A program made the translations under genes and the position numbers. From Dicyema japonicum (lineage: Eukaryota; Animalia; Dicyemida), in contig RDEW01000013.1 in the NCBI GenBank assembly GCA_011109175.1, positions 1,195,096-1,259,095 on the forward strand: a stretch of DNA of 64,000 nt, read 5' to 3'. Of the stretch, positions 1 through 13,306 are shown piece after piece (the first letter of the stretch is position 1; every line of letters starts with the position of its first letter). The notes below the pieces were generated by a model. It made no database searches, was not told the DNA's origin, and saw only the letters and a list, made by a program, of their open reading frames with translations.

Positions 1-336
1 AATGTTTAGAAGAAAGCCTGCATCTTCCACTTACCATGAAAATGAAAGAGGTGTGAGGCTCGGTAGATATAAGAAACTCTAAATTTAAGATCGAATGGAG
101 ATACGGGTTCGAATATCGGAAAACAAAAAAAAACTTGGAAGATAAATATCAGAAACAGCATGTTTAGAATGATTCTAAGTATGTTGTTGATCATAATAAA
201 AATAACAAAATTACGTGTTGGAATAAAGTATAACAATGAAGGACAAGTAAAGTTTATAAAAATGTAGGAATAAGCCATAATAGTCTTATTATTATTATTA
301 TTATTTATTAAAGCACTTTCACGAAAGCCACAATGA

Positions 337-1986
337 TTATAGCCCCGCATGTGCAACACTCAAAGAAACAATATTTATAGTTAGTCTTTTCCATCTTCCT
401 CTGTCGAATGCGAGTGATCTCAATTCGTCCAGGTCGTCTCCCGTCTTTAGATTTTTTCTCACACGATTTAAGTCTTTGTTTAGGGCTGTCGGAAGTGTCG
501 ATCTAGGTCGTCCGCGGAAGGGTTTTTCGCATCTGTCAAAGTAATCTTCCATCGCTTTGTTAGCGGGTGCGTCCGGGTTCATTCTTAGTACATGCCCAAA
601 TAGCCTCCACCGGGCATCTATCACATCCTTGCTGATGTAAGAACACATACACTTGTTGTAGATACCAGTGGTTGATATTCTACGTGGCCACTCCATTCCG
701 AGTAAGCTTCTTAGTTGCCTTCTATGGAACGAATCCAGTTTCAATAGTTCTTTGTTGAAGGAACTTCCCCATGTCCCAGCGTTATACAGTAGGATCGGTT
801 TCACAAACGCGTTGTAAAGCCTGCATCTGATGTCAATTCCAAGTCCTTTGGCCCTTAGCCATCCTTTCTTCAGTTTAGCCATTGCCGCATTTGCCAGTGT
901 TTTCCTCCTTAGTACATCTTCAGCGTCTCCTAGTAGAGAGCCGAGCTTATTAGTACGTCTCCATCTTTCATGAGTAATATCGTCTTCTCTTTTGATTTCC
1001 GTAATTTCAGTTTTGTTAACATTTACGCTGAGAAACCATTTCTCAAGCTCCGCAGGTGCATTTTCTAGCAGGTGTTGGAGTGCGGTCACATCCCGTGATA
1101 CAAAATCCACATCATCCGCATAAGATGTCTCTTCTATGTCTCCTATATAGCATTTACGGAGGTCGCGGAGTGCAGATTCAAGGTATATGGTGAATAGTAA
1201 AGGGGAGAGGGAATCACCCTGGGGTGTCCCAATCGTTGTTTTGAAACTGCGGGAAGTTGCTCCTTCTGTCCTCACAGATAGTCTTGTGTTCGCAAGTAGT
1301 AGTCTGATTATCCTAACCGACGATTCATCCAATATTTGCTCAAGCACATTCATCAGTTTCTGTCTGTTTATTGAGTCGAAAGCTCTGGAGAGATCTATTC
1401 CCAACACGGTTGTTGCGCTCTTGAATCTTTGGTGCGTTGCGCAGCGCCATCTGTGGCTCCATACAATGTCTGCCGTAGACCTCCCTTCTCGGAACCCACT
1501 TTGACTTGCTGGTAGGTATAGATCCGCCACACCCTTTATCCGGCTTAGTGCAATGTTTGCCAGCACCTTGCGTATCGAATTCAGAAGTATTATCGGGCGG
1601 AGATTTTCTACTGGTCCTTTTGATTTGTTCGGTTTTTGTATGGGTATTAATAATCCATTTCCAAGTCCTAGATCGGTATTAGTTTCAAAGACGTCATTTA
1701 GGGTTTTTGCAATTGTGTCGCTAAGTTTTTTTGGCCCATATTTTAGGAGCTCAGGGCTTATGTTGTCCGGCCCAGCACTCTTGTTGTTCTTCAGTTTATT
1801 TATCGCTAATTCCACCTCTTCCACTGTGATTGGGATTTTTAGCGCCTTTGCTTCTCCCTGGAAAGGGGGAAAGTCATTATTTTCTTTATTCAACAGTGTT
1901 TCGAAGTGTCGTGCAATCAATTCTGCTTTTTCTTCCGGGTTACCCACTTTGTCCTTTCTTTGTCCGCAGCAGCCGCAAAGCCGCAT
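337..1986 (-). pseudogene. Reverse transcriptase domain of RTE ORF (549 aa open segment)
   Basis: RT motifs LRPIILL, DLSRAFDS, PQGDSLSP, YADD and the RTE C-terminal RWRLFGHVLRM...RGRPR. It is separated from the endonuclease by two frameshifts (about 2115 in an A-run, and about 1950). Confidence 0.9.
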
Positions 1987-2082
1987 ACATCCTTGAATTG
2001 TCTTTTAGGCATTCCACATCTTTTAATAGGGATGTAATAATTTCCCGTGAGTGTTTTCTGTTCATCTTTTTGATTTTCCACT

Positions 2083-2890
2083 TTAGTTCCCTTTGTTGGA
2101 TATTAAGCTCTTTTTTTTACTCTCGTCTGACGTGTTTGCCGCTTTTAGTCGTAGCTCTCTGCAATGCTTTGCCATATTTGGCACGTTCGGGTGGTGATCC
2201 AATTTTAGGGCGTGATGATTTCGAACTCCAAGGCATATTTTGGCCGACTTGGAGATTGCCTGTTTTGTTTGATCCCACATAGTTCGTACTGATGATTCCG
2301 GTGCGGTTTTCACCATAAGAGTCTCGATTTGTTCGTGATATTTAGCTCTACAAGTTTGCTCTAACCACAATTTTTCTGTCTGAAAGTATATATTGGGTCT
2401 TTGTCTCGCCTTCTTCGCGTTTTCAATGTATTTTTTACCAGTCAGGTGCTTTTTTACACAAAGTTTTGCAATGACGATCCTGTGGTCGCTGTCGGTTGTT
2501 GTTCCCTGGTAGGAACGTGCATCATTTATCAGGTGTTTATCAGACTTTAGGCAGATAATGTAGTCGATTTGATTATATATATTCACGGTCTCTCCGACAG
2601 AGTTTTTTCTTTGTCCGTGCCACGTCGTCTTGTGGCAAGCTGAGTGCGTAAATGCCGTGTTGCACAGGAAAAGGCTATTTGCCTCACAGAAGTTTACCAG
2701 AGAGGCTCCAGATGCATTTCTCCTTCCGCGTCCGTGTCTTCCAATAGAGGATTCTTCGGGCCCCATTCGCATTCCGGCCTTTGCATTCATATCTCCCGCA
2801 ACAAAGACAAGAGGCGAGGAAGCATTGTTAGAGTATGTGCTTGATAGTTCTGAGTAGAATTCCTCAGTTCACCGGGGTTCTTGATTACTC
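2083..2890 (-). pseudogene. APE endonuclease domain of RTE ORF (partial)
   Basis: FVAGDMNAK, HKTTW, YNQIDYI and TDSDHRIVIAK motifs. Confidence 0.9.
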
Positions 2891-3022
2891 GTCTTTCAGT
2901 TATTATACCAAAGCATGAACATTTCTAGTTTCCAGTTATTATACCATAGCATGAACATTTCTAGTTTCATAGAAACGGACTAGCCTGGATATTTCTTAGG
3001 AATAACGTGAACGACATTGAAT

Positions 3023-3854
3023 CATTATTATTAAAAGCACTTTCACAGAGCCAAAGAACATTATATAAACAAAGGTTCCGTTTTTACCTCACATTTCGCT
3101 ATTTGCTTCACTAGGCATCTCCATCGCCCTATGTTTTGAGAATCTGTCTGTAGATCCTCTAGTTTTGTTCCAATTCCATTAAGTTCCTTGTTTAGAGCCA
3201 CAGGGAGGGTGAATCTGGGCCTTCCTCTGAAAGATGGTATGTTCTCATTGTCAAAGTAATTATCCATTAATATATTTGCAGGGACGTTTATGTAGCATGT
3301 GCCAAAACAGTCTCTATCTTGATTAAATAATGTCGATGCTAATTGTACTCGATTTTGCCAGAGAGTAGAATTTCTTATTTGAAATCTTCTTGGTCAACCT
3401 ATGCCCATTAAATTGCGTAATTGTTTTCAATGAAATACATCTATTTTCTTGAGCTAGCTCTTTTTCCTCCAACTTTCGTCAATATATTTTAATAGCCCTG
3501 TGATTCTTATCTGTTCAGCCTTTTCCTGATTAACTCGCAGAGACCAATTCTTTAATTATCACAAAGATTTTATCTAGAGCAAGTCCAAGATCATTTTCTT
3601 ACATAAAATCTATGTCATCTGCATGTATAATCTCCATCGGCATGCATCCTTTATATTATGTTCTACAAGACTCAATGGCGCTTCGAGGTATACGGCGAAT
3701 AGAACCGGAGATAGAGAGTCCCCCTGAGGTATTTAAACTTTTATCCCAAAAGGCTTCGTGTTCCCAACTCGTACAATTAATTCAGTATTAGATAATATGA
3801 AACGGACAAGTCTTGTGATATCCTCATCAAGGAAACTCCCAGCAACGCACAGAA
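3023..3854 (-). mobile_element. Decayed RTE 3' fragment with 9-bp TSD
   Basis: RT remnants (PQGDSLSP, FRGRPR) and the same 3' tail as the element at 288. Flanked by acattgaat at 3014-3022 and 3855-3863. Confidence 0.85.
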
Positions 3855-6369
3855 ACATTGAATAACGTGATTAACATTTTTTTTAAATAAAATAATTTTA
3901 ATTTTCGAATAATATTAAATTTTATATAAATGATAGAGACTTTTCTTCCTAACTCCGTTTATTATCCGATAGGTTACGGGTGCCCCCAAATGGTAAGGAA
4001 AAGTTGATGGCTCTTTTCGTTTTTTTCCTGGATGCGTGACACCTTTTGGGAGAGCCCAAAAAATCACGTTAAGCACGTGTTAATTAGATGTAATTTTTTT
4101 TCATTTCAAACCGTCGTTCGAAAGAAAATCAAAAATTTTCATTGATCCTGTCTAGATACTAGTAACAAGGTCTCCCTCAATTCTTGGTTTGATGTTCGAC
4201 AGGCTGTTGAATTTCAACTCCCGTGTAAGATAGTCCTTATTAAAGACCTGCAGAAGTTGAACGTTGTATGCGTGCTTGTCTGAAGGACTTCTTTGAAATT
4301 AGATGCTTCTGTTACAACAATCTACCTGCAAACTATCGCCCCGGCTGTGGAGTACGCCGCTGTTGCGTGGAGATTCGCGTTGTAAAATACTACGCTACAC
4401 AGACTCAATTAAATCTGGAAAACTATTCGTATGATTGGCCGTCATTCTGATCAATATTTACTCCTTACTCACGTATCCAGATTCCTTTGGGTCGGCATGG
4501 AGGATGGAACCCACTTAGCTTGTCCTTATCCAAGGCAAAAGAGATTGGATTGATTGGGAAGTTTCTTTCCCCAATCGGATCCTTTGCAGGAATGAACAAA
4601 GGCTCTCTCGCACAGTAGTGGAACAATGGTAAACCACAGACATAGGATGACTCGTATGATTGCGGAAACTGGGATTACCTAACTGTCTGACGTTTTTTAT
4701 GTCTTTCTAGTTGATCCGGTTATCCTCTTTTAGGTAGCATTTTTTCTCTCAGATTTTTATAGATCTGATCAATTCTTTGTTCAATTCTCAATCATCTATG
4801 GTCATTAAGAGATTTAGTCTCACTTTTCCAATGGTTTGTGCTATCACTCGCGTCGCATTTAGCTGATGGTTCTATTCTCAGATCGATACTTACTTGGTCC
4901 AAGAATTTATTATGCTTGTTGCATTTTTCAATTCCTAGGGACGTCATTAAATCCGCCAAAATTAAATGCCTAATGTCATGGCGTCCAAAAAGAATCTTTC
5001 TCTTCTCTATTGCAGTGGAGGGTTCCCATAATAGTGGATCTTGCAAAAACGTGATGCTGGAAAAGGATAAGTCTGACCGAAGAACTGTATAAAACTTTTT
5101 TTACGTATATCTGGGGTAATTAAAAATTAAAAAAATATAAATAATTTTTTTAAATAATTACCAGTATAAATTTGGTATGAAAGTAACCTATTTCTTCTAG
5201 ATTTTCTTATTTTAATTCATAACGCAAAATTTCTCAAAATATCATTTTAGAAATAATGAGTGCTACTCTTTTTAAATTTCATTTCAGTTTATTGAGATAT
5301 AAAAATTATTTTTTGCTGAATTTTTCATATTTGACCCATTTCCTAAAATAACTAACTCGTAAATCAAAATGAAAAATTAGAATATGTACGGAAATACAGT
5401 CTGCTCTTATAAATATGCATTTATTTGTGAGAAATATGGAATCTCTTAAGCAAGTCCGACTGAATAGAGAAGAAATCCTATGTGCATTCTGTTCTCTGTT
5501 AAATTTGGTAAATTAAAACTTATTGCTTGAAAATTAAATTCTTAATTTGATATTGCTTTTAAAAAAACCTTAGAAGTTTAACTTTATGACTTGCATCGAT
5601 CTGGAGAGACCTCACGTGTAGTAAAAAGAAGAAAACAAGAAATTATTGGCGAGGTGTTTTCTAGTGCGGCACAGTAGTTGAAAGGGATCTTTCTACTTTC
5701 TCCATGACCAAATCCACTAATGAAGATTACCTTTATGAAAACTCTCCTCCGAAGATTGAAGAGATTCAGCGACGGTAGGAAGTGTGATGAAAATGTAAGA
5801 GAGTGAACCAACTCGCTATATTGTAAGCCTGGGGAAAATAAATAAAACATATAGATGCTTCTGTTACAACAATCTATTTATTTTCTTGATGAAAAAAATC
5901 AATAGTATATATAGACTAGGTGTAACCTGTTTGGATGTGTGCAAAAAGCTGTCATTAGCTTTCTACCTTTAAAAACGCAGGGGTAACAATTATTTACTTT
6001 AGCAATACCTTATTGAATAATCCCAAAACAGGATAGCCCAGTGTTATCAATACATATAGTTCTAATTTCGAATCTTGCTGCTTTTTATTCCAACTGAAGG
6101 TTTAACACATCTAAAATGTTGAAGGTTTGACGAATGACGTTTTCATTAGTGAATGGCTTTAATAAAAGGGTTAAAAATCTCAATAGTACCAGTTTAAAGG
6201 TTTAAAGGTCAAACGGAATTTTCATTAATGGATTGTTAGTTTTAGAATTAGGATTTGTAATTATATCAATGTTCTCTATATCAGATTGGATATATTTTCC
6301 TGGCTGTATGAAAGCAAAATACATTTTTTAAATATGCATGCACATCGCGTTCAATATAATAGAACACAT

Positions 6370-6828
6370 ACGTTAGCAAATTAATGTTAACTTTACTGAT
6401 GACATTGGTTTCTTTAGTAATTAACAGCGTACCAATAAATTCAACTCAAAAACTTCAAGGTAATTTTATTAAAGTTAATTTTACTAGATAAACAATGAGA
6501 AAGAGAGGATATTATGCTTGCAGTACAATTTGACGAATGTAAAAGAAAAATCATAGAATTAAAAACTCTCGCTGATGTTATCCGATTCGAGAACAAAGAT
6601 AATTGTAATGAAGAATATAATAATATAATGTATTTTCGCACATTTGGGCATCTTCGCAAACTTTATGAAGAATTTAGTTGGAACAGCACAAATGCTTATT
6701 GTGTGCAAATGCCTCATCTAAGGTTGGCACTGCTAATTATTTGCGATAACGTGAAAGTCACAAATACAAAATTAAGACTGTACACTACATGTGTAAATAG
6801 CACATCGTCTAATCATGAGAATAGTTAA
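6370..6828 (+). pseudogene. Paralog of the Cys-rich gene, disrupted
   Basis: TGT(Cys) to TGA near the start of the last exon (6488-6828), plus a 1-nt insertion in the preceding exon. Confidence 0.6.
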
Positions 6829-7599
6829 CTAATGGATAATTTCAATATTTCTGTTAAATAGATCTTTATTCATTAAATAATTAGAGTGACATTAGCAACA
6901 AATCAGGCTATAGCTGGCCGGACTTAGGAAACTAATGAAATACTCATCCTTTAAAGATTGTTCCGTTTTGTCTAATTGTCTCAATATATCTGGAGTGACT
7001 GGAAGAATTGGGAAACGAGTTTTAATGAAATTAGTTATTCGATTTAGAAATTTCAAAGTTCCTCAGATTTGGCGTATATTCTTGCAATTACGATATCTCT
7101 TGGGAACAGAGTCTAATTTGTTTCTATTTTTTTATTCTTTGATTTATTAAAAGAGCAAAAAATAAATTTTCATGCTAAATTTAACAAAAAATAGGTTAAT
7201 AAATGAATCCACAATTATCTTTACATCAGATTTTTTATGAGAAAACGATTTATTACGAAACAAGACAATCAAAATAATTCAGCTGATTTAATGGAATAGC
7301 TGTTTACCCTGACAACTGCCAGAGAAATCTTTTGGAACAGCCATTCGGTTTACCGATGCTCATTACAGATTATAAAATTTTTTTGTTTTAACTCAAAAAA
7401 CAACATTTTAGGATTTTTAGAATTGTCGATATTTATAATCTGATTTGAAAAATTTTAAATATTAACCATTATAGCTGTTCCTTCTCTTATCATGTTCTAC
7501 TATAGTGGATGTCATGATATACATGTTTCCAGCTGCGATAAAGGATCATTTGTTTTCTCACACTATTTGTGAGTGCTTCCAAAAGCAAGGATGGGAAGT

Positions 7600-8300
7600 C
7601 TTATTCATTTTTCATTGTTTCTAGATTCACTTAAGTGGAATATTGGTACGTCTGTGTTTCATCGCTGCGGAATCGGAATTTTCCGCCCTTTATGAAAAAG
7701 TTTCCTAACTCCTTACAGATACGTTGGGACCCCTGGCGATTTATCAACGTTTCCGCCTCTGAAAAAAGACTGGGGATGGATATGGTGTCTGATTGCATTT
7801 GCTACATGATCATCCGCCAGAGCGTTCACACGCTAGACCTACAAGGGGGAAGAGTGAATCTCTAAGTAAAACATGCATATTCAATCGTCGTAGTATAACT
7901 TGGAGATATAGTTTGCAGATACAAGCAGTAGGTGACAGGGCATCTTCTTATGTAACTTTTAAACGCTCTATTTTTCGAAGACCCTTTGTTAACACTTCCT
8001 TTGTGTTTTTTAGAAACATCATAAGAAAATCAAATGTCACTCCAAAGATGTACTGGATTCGCGTATAAGGAATCGGAATGTTTTATGAGGAATATCTCAA
8101 GTCCACCCTTAAATCTCCTGTCTTAGTAAATAGGCAGAACTGAGACATTGATGCAGACATAAACAACAAATTAACGGATAGCCAGTCACACACCTGGTTG
8201 AGGTGTGACTGAACCACCACCTCAGCCCTGGAAGGAAATTCCTCCCTTGCAGCAATAATCAGGTCATCCGCGTAGGATAAACACATAGTGTGTTGATCTT
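7600..8300 (-). mobile_element. Decayed LINE RT fragment
   Basis: LSYADDLIIAA motif at about 8250-8285, with degraded downstream sequence partly duplicated at 14090-14400. Confidence 0.65.
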
Positions 8301-8449
8301 TGGACCTCTATTAATTTCAAATGGGGAAGGAATATGCTTCAACCTGATACAGCAAGTATAAAGACATCTTACATATTCATAGAGTGCCGGGGTGCATCAT
8401 TGAAAAAACTCATAGCGATCAGGAAAGTGACTATTAGCAAAGCTATCGT

Positions 8450-8570
8450 CCCTTCCCACCCTTGTTTTTGGAAGTACTCACATGGAGTAGGAGAGACAAA
8501 TGATTCTTTATCATGCCACTCTGGCTCTGGACGCAGCAGGAAACTGGTATATCATGACATTGCTTCGAAG
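8450..8570 (-). repeat. Diverged relative of the pseudoknot repeat (subfamily A'); deleted copies at about 7500-7600 and 13985-14070 (+)
   Basis: Same layout ending in g(g/a)atcatttg. Forms an imperfect inverted repeat with 7500-7600. Confidence 0.45.
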
Positions 8571-9353
8571 CCGTATTTTTTAATAATTTATATAAACTTT
8601 CTAACAATAGCTAGTGTCAATATTGAGTACGAGCTTACCCAGGATTACCCTCGGAAAGGCTGAGACTATAAAGAAAAATAAATACAATATATCGTTGGGC
8701 AGTTTACTTTTTGAACAAGTTGTCGTCAAATATTTGTACTCATTGGAAACTGATACTGACTTCGCTGAACCTTAATGGATCGTTTATCATGAGGAGGAAA
8801 AAATAAGAGAGAAAGGAGCTGTCTTATTTAACTCATTTTTTTCACAAAGTAAAATAAATAAAAAAAAAGTTTTGGTGATAAATTTATGTGAAAACACAAG
8901 TAAAATAGTTTGAAGAATTGCAGATATTAATCAAATTATTTTTATTTGTAAAAGTATACAACTTTCGGAAGTGATTGAATGTTTAGAAGAAAGCCTGCAT
9001 CTTCCACTTACCATGAAAATGAAAGAGGTGTGAGGCTCGGTAGATATAAGAAACTCTAAATTTAAGATCGAATGGAGATACGGGTTCGAATATCGGAAAA
9101 CAAAAAAAAACTTGGAAGATAAATATCAGAAACAGCATGTTTAGAATGATTCTAAGTATGTTGATGATCATAATAAAATAACCAAGTAACGTGTTAGAAT
9201 AAAGTATAACAATGAAAGACAAGTAAAGTTTATAAAATGTAGAAATAAGCCATAATAGTCTTCCAGTTAATATACCAAAGCATGAACATTTCTAGTTTCA
9301 TAGAAACGGACTAGCCTGGATATTTCTTAGGAATAACGTGAACGACATTGAAT

Positions 9354-10157
9354 CATTATTATTAAAAGCACTTTCACAGAGCCAAAGAACGTTATATTAA
9401 CTAAGATCCCGTTTTTACCTCACATTTCGCAATTTGCTTCACTAGACATCTCCATCGCTCTCTGTTTTGAGCATCTGTCTGTAGATCTTCTAGTTTTGTT
9501 TCAATTCCATTAAGTTCCTTGTTTAGAGCCACAGGGAGGGTGAATCTGGGCCTTCCTCTGAAAGATGGTATGTTCTCATTGTCAAAGTAATTATCCATTA
9601 ATATATTTGCAGGTAAGTTTATGTCGCATGTGCCAAAACAGTCTCTATCTTGATTAAATAATGTCGATGCTAATTGTACTCGATTTTGCCAGAGAGTAGA
9701 ATTTCTTATTTGAAATCTTCTTGGGTCAACCTATGCCCATTAAATTGCGTAATTGTTCTCTTTTTCCTCCAACTTTCGTCAATATATTTTAATAGCCCTG
9801 TGATTCTTATGTGTTCAGTCTTTTCCTGATTAACTCGCAGAGACCAATTCTTTAATTCTCACAAAGATTTTCTCTAGAGCAAGTCCAAAATTATTTTCTG
9901 ACATAAAATCTATGTCATCTGAATGTATAATCTCCATCGGCATGCATCCTTTATATTAAGTTCTAAGAACACTCAATGGCGCTTCGAGGTATACGGCGAA
10001 TAGAACCGGAGATAAAGAGTCCCCCTGAGGTATTTCAACTGTTGTCCCTAAACGCTTCGTGTTGCCAACTCGTACTTTGAATTCAGTATTAGATAATATG
10101 AAATGGACAAGTCTTGTGTTATCCTCATCAAGTAAACTCCCAGCAATGTACATTACA
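9354..10157 (-). mobile_element. Duplicate copy of the RTE 3' fragment
   Basis: Near-identical to 3023-3854. TSD acattgaat at 9345-9353 and 10158-10166. Confidence 0.85.
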
Positions 10158-10559
10158 ACATTGAATAAACGTGTTAACATTATTTATTTTAAATTAAATA
10201 TTTTTAATTTTAGAATAATATTAAATTTTATATAAATGATAGAGACTTTTTTTTCCTAACTCCGTTTATTATCTGATAAATCCTTTAATGCTCTAATGGA
10301 TTGGGTCTTACTAAAAGACTTTACATCACCCCTCTTGTATTTCTTTCAAAACCCTCCCGTCCACAGAGAAGCTGTGTTGGATCTCGGAAGGTCCACCGGA
10401 AAAAGATGAGAGACCTGATGGAGGAGGCCGGGATCACCTAATTAGTTTAATACAATTAAATTAACTATTGGTGTTCTTGGGTTAAATAAATAATAGCTTA
10501 CGGGAGGTAGGGAAAAGTTATGGGAGGTAGGAAAAGGGAAAAGTTGATGGCTCTTTTCG

Positions 10560-11230
10560 TTCTTTTCCTGGATGTGTGACACATTTCGGGAGAGCCAAAG
10601 ACATCACGTTAACACATGTTAATTAGATGTTAATTCCTTTTACCTCAAACCGTCGTTCATAAGAAGATCCAAAATTTTCATTGATCCTGTTCAGATACTA
10701 GTAACAAGGTCTCCCTCAATTTTTGGTTTGATGTTCGACAGGCTGTTGAATTTCAACTCCCGTGAAGAAAGTCCTTATTAAAGACCTGCAGAAGTTGAAC
10801 GTTGTATGCGTGCTTGTCTGAAGGATTTCTTTGAAATTAGATGCTTCTGTTACAACAATCTATCTGCAAACTTTCGCCCCGGCTGTAAAGTACGCCGCTG
10901 TTGCGTGGAGATTTGCGTTGTCAAAGACTACGCTACACAGACTCAATTAAATCTGGAAAACTATTGGTATGATTGGCCGTCATTCTGATCAATGGTTACT
11001 CCTTATTTACGGATCCAGATTCCTTCGGGTCGGCATGGAGGATGGAACCCACTTAGCTTTTCCTTATCCAAGGCAAAAGAGATTGGATTGATTGGGAAGT
11101 TTCTCTCCCAATCGGATTCGTTTGCAGGAATGAGAAAAGGCTCTCTCGCACAGTAGTGGAACAATGGAGACCACAGACGTTGGATGACTCGTATGATTGG
11201 GGAACTGGGATTACCTAACTGTCTGACGTT
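10560..11230 (+). mobile_element. Decayed LINE C-terminal fragment (second copy at about 4020-4690)
   Basis: One frame reads LQTFAPAVKYAAVAWRFALSKTTLHRLN, resembling the LINE post-RT motif 'RPxLEYAxxVW'. Confidence 0.55.
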
Positions 11231-11283
11231 TATGTCTTTCTAGTGATCCGGTTATCCTCTTCCAGGTAGCTTTTTTCCCTCAG

Positions 11284-11863
11284 ATTTTTATAGATCTGAT
11301 TAATTCTTCGTTCAATTCTAAATCATCTATAGTCATTGGGAGATTCAGACTCACTTACTTTTTCAATGGTTAGTGCTATCACTCGCGTCGCATTTAGCTG
11401 AGGGTTCTATTCTCAGATCGATACTTGCTTGGTCCAAAAATTTATTATGCTGTTTGCATTTTTCAATTCCTAGGGACGTCATTAAATCCGCCAAAATTAA
11501 ATGCCTAATTTCATGGCGTCAAAAAGAATCTTTCTCTTCTCTATTGCAGTGGAGGGTTCCCATAATAGTGGATTCAAAAAAGATGATGCTGAGAAAGGAT
11601 ATTTCCGACGGAAAGGTATATCTGGGATAATTAAAATAATATAAATAAAATTTTAAAATAATTACCAGTATGAATTTGGTATGAAAGTAACCTATTTCTT
11701 ATTTTCATTCATAACGCAAAATAATTCTCAAAATATCATTTTAGAAATTATGAGTGCAAGGAATTTTGTGATCTCTACTCGTTTTAAATTTCATTTCACT
11801 TTATTGAGATATAAAAATTATTTTTTGCTGAATTTTTCATATTTGACCCATTTTCTAAAATAA
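11284..11863 (+). pseudogene. Unresolved multi-exon coding-like segment of a 4-copy family (also about 4753-5350 +, 48200-48980 -, 56050-56590 -)
   Basis: In this copy a spliceable path exists (29-nt intron 11369-11397, 10-nt micro-exon). The other copies have indels. The coding strand is not certain. Confidence 0.3.
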
Positions 11864-12855
11864 CTAACTCGTAAATCAAAATGAAAAATTAGAATATGTA
11901 CGGAAATACAGTCTGCTCTGTAGAAATATGCATTTTTTGTGAGAAATATGGAATCTCTTAAGCAAGTCCGACTGAATAAAGAAGAAATCCTATGTGCATT
12001 CTGTTCTCTGTCAAATTTGGTAAATTAAAACTTATTGCTTGAAAATTAAATTCTTAATCTGATATTGCTTTTGAAAAAACCTTAGAAGTTTAACTTTATG
12101 ACTTGCATCGATCTGGAGAAACCTCACGTGTTGTAAAAAGAAAACAAGAAATTATTGGGGAGGTGTTTTCTAGTGCGGCACAGTAGTTGAAAGATCTTTC
12201 TACTATCTCCATGACCATTTCCACAAATGAAGATTACCTTTATGAAAACTCTTCGCCTAAAATTGAAGTGATGTCGCGACGGTAGGAAGTGTGATGAAAA
12301 TGTAAGAGAGTAAACCAACTCGCTATATTGTAAGCCTGGGTAAAATAAATAAAACAATTTATTTTCTTGATGAAAAAAATCAATAGTATATATAGACGAG
12401 GTGCAACCTGTTTGGATGTGTGCAAAAAGCTGTCATTAGCTTTCTACCATTAAAAACGCAGGGGTTAATAATTATTTACTTCAGCAATACCTTATTGAAT
12501 AATCCCAAAACAGGATAGCCCAGTAATCAATACATATGGTTCCAATTTCGAATCTTGCTGCTTTTTATTCCAACTGAAGGTTTAACACATCTAAAAGTTG
12601 AGAGTTTGACGGGTGACGTTTTCATTAGTGAATGGCTTTAATAAAAGGGTTAAAAATCTCAATAGTACCAGTTAAAAGGTTTAAAGGTCAGACGGAATTT
12701 TCATTAATGGATTGTTAGTTTTAGAATTAGGATTTGTAATTATATCAATGTTCTCTATATCAGATTGGATATATTTTCTCGGCTGTATGAAAGCAAAATA
12801 CATTTTTTAAATATGCATGCACATCGCGTTCAATATAATAGAACACATACGTTAG

Positions 12856-13306
12856 CAAATTAATGTTAACTTTACTGATGACATTGGTTTCTTTAGTATT
12901 AACAGCGTACCAATAAATTCAACTCAAAAACTACAAGGTAATTTTATTAAAGTTGATTTTACTAGATAAACAATGTGAAAGAGAGGCTATTAGGCTTGCA
13001 GTGGAATTTGACGAATGTAAAAAAAAAATCTTAGATATAAAGACTCTCGTTGATGCTATCCGAATTAAGAACAAAGATAATTGTAATGAAGAATATAATG
13101 ATATAATGTATTATTGCACATTTGGGAATCTTCGCAAACTTTATGAAGAATATAGTTGGAACAGCACAAATGCTTATTGTGTGCAAATGCCCCATCTAAA
13201 GTTAGCACTGTTAACTATTTGCAATAACGTGAAAGCCACAAATACAAGATTAAGACTGTACGCTACATGTGTAAATAGTACACCGTCTAATTATGAGAAT
13301 AGTTAA
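12856..13306 (+). CDS. 3' exons of an uncharacterised Cys-rich protein, join(12856..12937,12966..13306); upstream exons unresolved
   Basis: Open frame across a 28-nt GT-AG intron. The 341-nt last exon is indel-free in both duplicates, has 7 Cys and contains NST sequons. Confidence 0.65.

Larger units (their letters stand above)
288..2896 (-). mobile_element. RTE-clade non-LTR retrotransposon, 5'-truncated and frameshifted, with (TAA)n 3' tail
   Basis: APE endonuclease (GDMNAK, NQIDYI, SDH motifs) followed by RT (QSGFREGR, GTPQGDSLSP, YADD). It ends in a short 3' UTR and (TAA)n at 288-310. An empty homologous site is present at about 9255. Confidence 0.95.
1..7915 (+). repeat. Segmental duplication 1, copy A (carries an extra RTE insertion)
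   Basis: Collinear, highly similar match to 8979-14400 once 288-2896 is removed. Confidence 0.9.

Noticed and set aside
1187-2857. + strand ORFs overlapping the RTE
   Set aside because: Antisense shadows of the RT and endonuclease frames.
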